From assembly GCF_009914755.1 (NCBI RefSeq), contig NC_060931.1: DNA of 64,000 nucleotides. One strand, 5' to 3'. Below, piece after piece: positions 54,373-64,000 of this stretch. The DNA is from the human T2T-CHM13v2.0 reference genome, Homo sapiens. The notes beneath the pieces are model-generated. The model made no database searches. It was not told where the DNA came from and saw only the letters and a program-made list of their open reading frames with translations. Numbering within the stretch: the first letter of the stretch is position 1; each line of letters starts with the position of its first letter. The translations under genes were made by a program, and so were the position numbers.

Positions 54373-57300
54373 GTGATGGGAATAGCATTAAATCTATGAA
54401 TTACTTTGGGCAGTGTGGTCATTTTCACGATATTGATTCTTCTTATCCATAAGCATGGAATATTTTTTCCATTTGTTTGTGTCCTCTCTTATTTCCTTGA
54501 GCAGTGGTTTGTAGTTCTCCCCGAAGAGGTCCTTCGTGTCCCTTGTGAATTGTATTCCTAGGTGTTTTATTCTCTTTGTAGCAATTGTAAATGGGATTTC
54601 ATTCATTATTTGGACCTCTGCTTGTCTATTATTGGTGTGTAGGAATGCTTGTGATTTTTGCACATTGATTTCATATCCTGAGACTTTGTTGAAGTTGGTT
54701 ATCAGCCCAAGGAGTTTTGGGGCTGAGACAATGGGGTTTTCTAAATATACAATCTTGTCGCCCGCAAACAGACAATTTGACTTCCTCTCTTCTTATTCGA
54801 ATACCCTTTATTTCTTTCTCTTCCCTCACTGCCCTGGCCAGAACTTCCAATACTGTGTTGAATAGGAGTGGTGAAAGAGGGCTTCCTTGTCTTGTGCCAG
54901 TTTTCAAAGGGAATGCTTCCAGCTTTTTTGCCCATTCAGTATGATATTGGCTATGCGTTTGTCATAAATAGCTCTCATTATTTTGAAGTATGTTCCCTCA
55001 ATACCTAGTTTATTCAGGGTTTTTAGCATGAAGGGGTGTTGAATTTTATTGAAGGCCTTTTCTGCATTTATTGAGATAATCATGTGGTTTTTGTGGTTGG
55101 TTCTGTTAATGTGATGGATTACATTTATTGATTTGCATATGTTAAACCAGCCTTGCATCTCAGGAATGAAGCTGACTTGATCGTGGTGGATAAGCTTTTT
55201 AATGTGCCACTGGATTTGGTCTGCCAGTATTTTATTGAGGATTTTTGCATCAATGTTCATCAGGGATATTGGCCTGAAATTTTCTTTGTTTGTTGTGTCT
55301 CTGCCAGGTTTTGGAATCAGGATGACACTGGCTTGATAAAATGAGTTAGGGAGGAGTCCTTCTTTTTCTGTTGTTTGGAATAGTTTCAGAAGGAATGGTA
55401 CTAGCTCCTCTTTGTACCTCTGGTAGAATTCGACTCTGAATTGGTCTGGTCCTGCCTGGGCTTTTTTTTTTTTTTTTTGGTTGGTAGGCTATTAATTACT
55501 CCCTCAATTTCAGAACTTGTTATTAGTCTATTTAGAGATTCAACTTCTTCCGTGTTTAGTCTCGGGAGGATGTATGTGTCCAGGAATTTATCCATTTCTT
55601 CTAGATTTTCTAGCTTATTTTCGTAAAAATATTTATAGTATTCTCTGATGGTAGTTCATATTTCTGTGGGATCAGTGTTGATATCCCATTTATCACTTTT
55701 TATTGTGTCTCTTTGATTCTTCTCTCTTTTCCTTTTTATTAGTCTAGCTAGTGGTCTACCTATTTTGTTAATCTTTTCAAAAAACCAGCTCCTGGATTCA
55801 TTGATTTTTTTAAGGCTTTTTTCATGTCTCTATCTCCTTTAGTTCTGCTCTGATCTTAGTTATTTCTTATCTTTTGCTAGCTTTTGAATTTGTTTGCTCT
55901 TGCTTCTCTAATGCTTCTAATTGTGATATTAGGGCATTGATTTTAGATCTTTCCTGCTTTCTGATGTGAGCATTTAGTGCTATAAATTTCCCTCTTAACA
56001 CTGCTTTAGCTAGGTCCTAGAGATTTTGGCACATTGTGTCTTTGTTCTCTTTGGTTTCAAAGAACTTCTTTATCTCTGCCTTAATTTTTTTTATTTACCC
56101 AGTCGTCATTCAGGAGCAGATTGTTCAGTTTCCATGTAGTTTTGTAGTTTTGAGTGAGTTTCTTAATCCTGAGTTCTAATTTGATTGCACTGTGGTCTGA
56201 GAGACTGTTTGTTATGATTTCATTCTTTTTGCATTTGCTGAGGAATGTTTTACTTCCAATTATGTGGTCAATTTTAGAATAAGTGCTATGTGGTGCTGAG
56301 AAATATGTATATTCTGTTGATTTGGGGTGGGGAGTTATATAGATGTCTATTTGGTCTGCTTGGTCCAGAGCTGAGTTCAAGTCTTGAATATCCTTGTTAG
56401 TTTTCAGTCTCATTGCTCTGTCTAATATTGACAGTGGGGTGTTAAAGTCTCCTACTATTATTGTGTGGGAGTCTAATTCTCTCTGTAGGTCTCTAAGAAC
56501 TTGTTTTATGAATCTGGGTGCTCCTGTATTGGGTGCATATATATTTAGGATAGTTAGTTCTTCTTGTTGCGTTGATCCCTTTACCACCACATAATGCCCT
56601 TCTTTGTCTTTTTTGGTCTTTGTTGGTTTAAAGTCTGTTTTATCAGAGACTAGGATTGCAACCCCTGCTTTTTTGTGTGTGTTCCATTTGGTTGGTAAAT
56701 ATTCTTCCATCCCTTTATTTTGAGCCTATGTGTGTCTTTGGATATAAAATGGGTGTCCTGAATACAGCACAGTGATGAGTCTTGACTCTTTGTCCAATTT
56801 GCCAGTCCATGTCTTTTAATTGGGGGCATTTAACCCATTTACATTTAAAGTTAATATTGTTATGCGTGAATTTGATCCTGGCATCATGATGCTAGCTGGT
56901 TATTTCACACATTAGTTGATGCAGTTCCTCATAGTGTCGCTGGTCTTTACATTTTGGTGTGTTTTTGCAGTGGCTGGTACCAGTTTTTTCCTTTCCATAT
57001 TTAGTGCTTCCTTCAGAAGCTCTCGTAAGGCAGGCCTGGTGGTGACAAAATCCCTCAGCATTTGCTTGTCTGGAAAGGATTTTATTTCTTCTTCACTAAT
57101 TAAGCTTAGTTAGGCTGGATATGAAATTCTGGGTTGAAAATTATTTTCTTTAAGAATGTTGAATATTGGCCCCCACTCTCTTCTGGCTTGTAGGGTTTCT
57201 GCAGAGAGATCCACTGTTAGTCTGACAGGCTTCTCTTTGCAGGTAATCTGACCTTTCTCTCTGGCTGCCCTTAACTTTTTTTCCTTTGTTTCAACCTTGG

Positions 57301-59304
57301 ATAATCTGATGATTATGTGTCTTGGGGTTGCTCTTCTCGAGGAGTATCTTAGTGGTGTTCTCTGTATTTCCTGAATTTGAATGTTGGCCTGTCTTGCTAG
57401 GTTGGGGAAGTTCTCCTGCATAACATCCTGAAGTGTGTTTTCCAACTTGGTTCCATTCTCCCCATCAATGTCAGGTACACCAATCAATTGTACGTTTGGT
57501 CTTTTCACATAGTCCTATATTTCTTGGAGGCTTTGTTCCTTTTCATTCTTTTTTCTCTAATCTTGTCTCCCTACCTTATTTCAGTAAGTTGATCTTCAAT
57601 CTCTGATATCCTTTCTTCCACTTGATCAATTTGGCTATTGATACTTGTGTATGCTTCACAAAGTTTTCATGCTGTGTTATTCAGCTCCATCTGGTCATTT
57701 ATGTTATTCTCTAAGCTGGTGACTCTATAATAACTGTTGGTTATTACAGCAGTTCCTGTAGCCTCTTATCAAGGTTCCTAGCTTCCTTGCATTGGGTTAG
57801 AACATAGTCTTTTAGCTCAGAAGAGTTTTGTTATTACCCAACTTCTGAAGCCTACTTCTGTCAATTCATCAAACTCATTCTCCTTTCAGTTTTGTGCCCT
57901 TGCTGGAGAGGAGTTGTGATCATTTAGAGGAGAAGAGGCATCCTGGTTTTTGGAATTTTCAGTATTGTTACACTGGTTTTTCCTCATTTTGTGGATTTAG
58001 TTACCTTTGATCTTTGAGGCTGATGACCTTTGGCTTGGGTTTTTGCGTGGGGGTCCTTTTTGTTGATTTTGATGTTGTTGCTTTCTGTTTGTGAGTTTTT
58101 CTTCTAACAGTCAGGCCCCTCTTCTGCAGGTCTGCTGCAGTTTGCTGGAGGTCCACTCCAGACCCTGTTTGCCTGGGTGTCACCAGCAGAGGCTGCAGAA
58201 CAGCAAAGATTGCTGCCTGCTCCTTCTTCTGGAAGCTTCGTCCCAGAGGGGGCACTGGCCTGATGCCAGCTGGGGCTCTCCTCTATGAGGTGTCTGTTGA
58301 CTCCTGCTGGGAGGTCTCTCCCAGTCAGGAGGCATGGGGATCCGGGACCCACTTGAGGAGGCAGTCTAAGAGCTCGAGCGCTGTGCTGGGAGAATCCTCC
58401 TTTTCAGGATCTGCTGCTGTCTTCAGAGCCAGCAAGCAGAAATGTTTAAGTCCACTGAGGCTGTGCCCACAGCTGCCCCTTCCCCCAAGTGCTCTGTCCC
58501 AGGGAGATGGGAGTTTTATCTATAACCCCCTGACTGGGGCTGCTGCCTTTCTTTCAGAGATTCCCTGCCCAGTGAGGAGGAATCTAGAATGGCAGTCTGG
58601 CCACAACCGCTTTGCTGCACTCTGTTGAGTTCTGCTCAGTCCAAACTTTCCAGCCTCTTTAGCACTGTCAGAGAAAAACTGACTACTGAAGCCTCAGTAA
58701 TGGTGGACACCCCTTCCCTTACCAAGCTCAATCATCCCAGGTTGACTTCAGACTGCTGTGCTGGCAGTGAGAATTTCGAGCCGGTGGTTCTTAGCTTGGT
58801 GGCCTCCATGGGAGTGGGACCCGCTTATCGAGACCACTTGGCGCCCTGGATTCAGTCCTCTTTCCAGGGGAGTGAACAGTTCTGTCTCGCTGGGGTTCCA
58901 GGTGCTACTGGAGTATGAAGAAAAAATTCCTGCAGCTATCTCGGTGTCTGCCCAAACAGCTGCCCAGTTTTGTGCTTGAAACCCAGGCCCCTGTTTGTAT
59001 AGGCACACAAGGGAATCTCCTGCTCTGTGGATTGCAAAAACTGTGGGAAAAGCATAGTATCTGGACCGGATAGCACAGTGTCTCACCACTTCCCTTGGCT
59101 GGAGGAGGGAGTTCCCTGGCTCCTTGCACTTCCCGGGTGAGGTGATGCCCCAACCTGCTTCTGCTCGCCCTCCGTGGGCTGCATCCACTGCCTAACCAGT
59201 CCTAATGAGATGAACTGGATACCTCAGTTGGAAATGCAGAAATCACCCGCTTTCTGCATTGGTCTTGCTGGGAGCTGCAGACTGGAGCTGTTCCAAGCAA
59301 CCCC
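54373..59304 (-). mobile_element. Older L1PA (roughly PA7-PA8 type): 5' UTR, ORF1, endonuclease and RT regions; 3' end missing; inactive
   Basis: ORF1 piece 57110-57508 (KRPNVQLIGVP..FQPRISYPA); APE endonuclease 56081-56710 (LNIYAPNTG, IIVGDFNTPL, LSDHSAI); RT 54394-55260 ([27 protein letters not shown]); many frameshifts. Confidence 0.96.
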
Positions 59305-59547
59305 ACTTTCTCTCTTTTTGCTCCTCAAAGTCACTAAGGTCTTAAGAGCTAACACTGAAGATCAACTTTGTATTTGTATACATGTTTTATTACAGAAAAT
59401 TTAAAACATATACAAAATAAAACAGTATAATACAACTGTTACCCAGGCTCAACAACCTGTGCCAAGTTTGTTTTATCCATACTTCAATGCATTTTCTTCC
59501 CAGACTTTATTATTATTTTTTTCTGAAATAAGATGTGTGCTAATTGA

Positions 59548-59860
59548 AGGTAAAATCTTGGCTGAGCACAATGGCTTAAGCCTGTGTAATTCCATCCTTT
59601 TGGAATGACAAGACAGGAGGCTCACTTGAGCGTCAGAGTTTAAGAGCAGCCTGGGCAACATAGTGAGACCACATGGCTACTAAAAATAAAAAAAAAAAAA
59701 AAATGAGGCATGATGGTGCATGCCTGTATTCCTAGCTACTTGGGATGCTGACATAGCAGGATCCCTTGAGTCTGGCAGGGTGAGGCTTTAGTGAGATGTG
59801 ATTGGGCAGCTACACACAAGCCTGGGTGACAGTGAGACTGTCTCAAAAAAAAAAAAAAAG
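59548..59860 (+). mobile_element. Alu (J-like), copy 1 of a tandem duplication
   Basis: Diverged dimer. Confidence 0.88.
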
Positions 59861-60044
59861 AAAGGTTTACTCTTAACTGTACCTTTTTAAACATCAGTAC
59901 ACATATATAAACAATTTTTCTTTTAAGAATAGAAGTACCCAAGTTAATAATCATTAACGTGAACCCATTTGTTACTCAGACTTTATCTTTTAATTAGTTT
60001 TTCTTTTTTAAAATAAGATGTGAGCTCATTGAAAGGACCAATCT

Positions 60045-60350
<306 letters not shown>

Positions 60351-61073
60351 TTAACTGTACCTGTTTGACACATCAATACATCCATATAAACAATCCCTTT
60401 CGTAAAAATAAAAGTACCCCACTTAACAATATTGATATGCATGGGAATTACCTATACATTTTTTATTTCTTTTAGTTTGGATTTTTATTGAAAGGAAACA
60501 CCTAGAAACATTACGTAAAATCTAGATTTTGAAAAAAATAGACCTGAACTTGGTTTGAGAATTTCAAAATAGACATGAGTTTTGTCTGAGAATTTGTCTT
60601 TCTAACAACATACAGATCTTACAGCACATGGTAGATACAAGGACTCTTTTATCTAAAATAAATAAAATTTGACGAATAAACATTTTAAAATTTGACCTGT
60701 GGCTAAAGGATGAATCAAAACACCTGTGCAATGGGTTATCTGTAGAAGTATATTTTAATGACAAACTATTAATAACCAAAAAAGTTATAATAATTTATTA
60801 ACTAACATGAGCAAAATTCCTATTATGGTATCTATGAAAATGCTTTCTTAGAGTAAAATATTCTCTTATCTTGCAAGGGCACTGGTTAATAACAGCAAAG
60901 ATTTGGAGGTCAATGTCTCATAAAGTAAGTAGCAGACCCCTTTCACACCCATAGCTGGCCTTCAGAGTTATCGAAAAAATGGTCATTTACACAAGAGCAG
61001 ATAATTTTCTTAGGTTCTATTAAGTTTATATGTTAATGTTGTTACAAAATTTAACTCAGTTTTCTCATAAGAT

Positions 61074-61457
61074 TATCTGACAAAATTTTATATGTTATAA
61101 TATCACAATATATTATGTAATATCATGTAATATAATAAAATTTTGTCAGATACGGTGTCATATATATAATTTGTTATTTCATAAAACATATACAAAAAAA
61201 CAAAATTTTATGTTATGATATCACAATGTATTATACCATATATTATATATGATTATATATCATGTATTATATTATGATATCACAATGTATTATGATATAT
61301 ATCGTATGTATAATACATGATATTATATCACAATATATTATGACATCATTATATATTATGTCTGACATATATTATGTCACAGTATATTATATTATATAAT
61401 ATATTATATTATATTATATTATATTATATTATGTTGCATTATATATTATATTATATA
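61074..61457. repeat. AT-rich degenerate repeat with palindromic arms
   Basis: tatctgacaaaattttat (61074-61091) is the exact reverse complement of 61135-61152; followed by degenerate (TATTA)n/(TATCA)n units. Confidence 0.9.
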
Positions 61458-62484
61458 GTCCAGCTAATTGACATGGCCCAGCAGACTGCCCAGGGCATGA
61501 ACTACCTCCATGCCAAGAATATCATCCAAGGCGATCTCAAGTCTAATAACATTTTTCAACACAAAGATGAGTGACTCTCGTCTGGCCACAGTGAAGACAG
61601 AGTGAAGCAGGGCCCAGCCCTTGGAGAAGCCTTCAGGTTCTGTTTTGTGGATCGCAGCTGACCTGAACCCCTTCAGCTTCCAGTCGGACGTCTATGCCAG
61701 TGTGGCTGTGCTCTAAAATCTCACGACTGGCTCACTGCCTTACAGCCACATTGGCAGCTGTGACCAGATTATCTTTATGGTGGGCTGTGACTCTTCATCC
61801 CTGGACCTCAGAAAAATCTCCAGCAACTGCCCGAAGCCATGTGGTGCCTGCTGTCTGACTGCCTCATGTTCCAGCAAAAGGAGTGGCTCCATTTGCCCCA
61901 GACTCTCACCACAATTTTTCTGCTGCAAGGGTCGCTCCCCAAGATGGAGGGGAATACCTCTAAATCGTCCTTTTATCAAACCCAAGCTGATGAGTTTCCT
62001 TCCTGACTACTCAACACAGGCTGTCTTGAGCCTGACCTTACTCCCAGCCACTAGGGAGCCAATCTGAGCCCGCCATGCCAAGGAGCCCTGCCCACCAACG
62101 AATCAATGTTTTATCTCTGTCCTGAAGTTGCATCAGGATCTCATATCCCCCACCCTGTTAGATGAGGGGGTCCTGATGTGCTTTCCCAGTTCCTCTAAAA
62201 TTGGAAAACTCTTAAAGATTGAGCCCCTGCCCCCCTCCATCATTTTATTTTTTGGCTTAGAAGATACCTCTAAATTGGGGGAACTCCTTCATCTCTCATG
62301 GCTAAAATTTGTAGCAGGGATTTCACTCAGAACCTCTATGGGATTTGTGCCTGATGTGACTTCCACTGGACTTTGGGGTTCTCAACACATCATGTATTTT
62401 GGGGGTTCCCTTTTTGTCCTCTCCTCCATTCAAGGACTACTGTCTTACTTCATTAAAATACAGAGAATTTTGCTGAAAAAAAAT
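61458..62484 (+). pseudogene. Processed, 5'-truncated ARAF pseudogene (kinase C-terminal half plus 3' UTR)
   Basis: Intronless [33 protein letters not shown]...LATVKT...[16 protein letters not shown]...SFQSDVYA...[18 protein letters not shown]...KISSNCPK...QTQADE. The ARAF-specific AQPLEQPSGSVLW and [12 protein letters not shown] words distinguish it from BRAF/RAF1. Stops, frameshifts and deletions; ATTAAA at 62452 and an A-run at 62476. Confidence 0.95.
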
Positions 62485-62639
62485 AAAGTGTTTCAAATAA
62501 AACCTTCCCAACCTTTGCCTCTGGGGAAAACATAATTTTATTAAATTATTTATGTATGTATTTGACCTCTGCTCTAAAAAGAGACACTACTCACTTCACA
62601 CAAGGCTGTTAGTTATTTAAAAACATCCTTGAAAAGATT

Positions 62640-63262
62640 GTCCAAATGGAAGCTTATATAAGATGTAAAACAAATTAACCAACAGGTCTATAAAAATTGG
62701 CTCCCAACAGAGTACAACATACACTTAAAAATACAGAAATATTGGTACAACCATTACAGAAACACTGTGAAGCTTTCTCAAATAATTAAAATAGAATTGC
62801 CATATTATCCAGCAATTTCACTTCCAGATATATAACCAAAGAAAATAAAATTAGTATCTAAAAGAGACACCTGCCCTTCTGTATTCATAGCAGAATTATT
62901 TACAATGACAGAGACATGCAAACAATCTAGGTATCCATTAATAGATGAACGGGTAAAGAAATTATGGAATATTTATATAATGGAATATTATTCAGCCATA
63001 AAAAAGAGAATTCTGCCATTTGCTACAATACGAATGAACCTAGAGGACATTAGGTTAAATGAAATAAGCTAGACACAGAATGACAAATACTGTTTGATTT
63101 CACTCATATATGAAGCCAAAAATGTCAAAGTCATAGAAACAGAGAGTCCACAGTGGTTGCTAGGGGGTGGTGGCTGGCAGAAATGAAGACACGGTGATCA
63201 AAACTTTTAGATATAAAATAAACAAGTTCCGGTGATTTAGTGCACAGCATGGATGTTCACGA
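62640..63262 (+). mobile_element. L1MA/MB 3' end
   Basis: atggaatattattcagccataaaaaag...gaacctagaggacattaggttaaatgaaataagc. Confidence 0.82.
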
Positions 63263-63266
63263 ATGT

Positions 63267-63388
63267 TGTCTTAGGCTATCCCTATTTCTGTAATAAAATA
63301 CTTTAGAACAGGTAATTTATATAGAGTCTAAACTTACTTCTCACAGTTACAGAGGCTGAGAAGTCCAAGACCAGGGCACTAGCAGATA
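63267..63388 (-). mobile_element. MaLR (MLT1/MST) LTR fragment
   Basis: ttctcacagttacagaggctgagaagtccaaga. Confidence 0.65.
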
Positions 63389-64000
63389 CACATAATATAG
63401 TACCTGCTAATTACATTAATTTGATAATTGCACCATATATATGTATGTAGGTAGGTATTGGAGCTTCACATTTTAACCTTATATTCATTTTATGAAAACG
63501 TTGCTCCTGTACAACTTTATTCTGTCTTTCCCTCCTAGTTTGGGTACTAATGTTTAAATCTACATATGTTACAAACACAACAGTTTGTAGTTATCTGCTT
63601 ACATAATTTTATTTTTTTAAATAAGCTGAAATAAGAAAAAAGAGCACTTGTGTATTTACAGGTTTGTTTTGTTAAACTTCTTATTATTCATTATGTTATT
63701 GTAATCCTTCACTTTTTCTGACGTACTTTTTTAAATCTTTGTAGATACAAGTTATTATCTGGAAAGATTTTCTTAGCCCAATATATCTTTTCTTGAACCC
63801 ACTTTCTCTGTGCTGTAATTGGCAAATAAATTAAATTTCTTTATGTTATAGCACTGAAGATCCCATTACAAACAATATTACACAGTTGCTTTTGACAATC
63901 AGATAATATGAGAAAAAAATTTCTTATATTGCCTTAAATATTTGTTACATTTACTAGTCCTCTTTGTCTTTTGGGGGCATTAAAATTATCTGGGATTACT

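Noticed and set aside
54373-59304. Retrotransposition-competent L1
   Set aside because: ORF1 and ORF2 are fragmented and the 3' end is missing

Overview
Primate (very probably human) repeat-rich DNA with the look of a pericentromeric segmental-duplication mosaic. The main locus is a four-exon KRAB-C2H2 zinc-finger gene on the minus strand (ATG 22707, ancestral stop 10232). It is a close paralogue of ZNF479, probably ZNF733P on 7q11.21 (from memory, not database-checked). All splice sites and the KRAB-A/B exons are intact, but two 1-bp deletions disrupt the last exon. The first predicts a 199-aa KRAB-only protein whose stop lies in the final exon. Upstream are a THE1/MST LTR and a MER41B LTR with one intact STAT GAS motif, followed by MER41 internal sequence. 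That ERV breaks off into an L1 fragment, an unidentified ~6.5-kb GC-rich block and a plus-strand zinc-finger 3' remnant. The distal part has several L1s (one ~4.9-kb copy truncated at both ends), local duplications, an AT-rich palindromic tract and a processed ARAF pseudogene. About 38 Alus are scattered throughout. I found no demonstrably new biological system. The best candidate is a possibly interferon-responsive, NMD-escaping KRAB-only pseudogene product, which is a hypothesis. Repeat boundaries and subfamilies were read by eye and are approximate.
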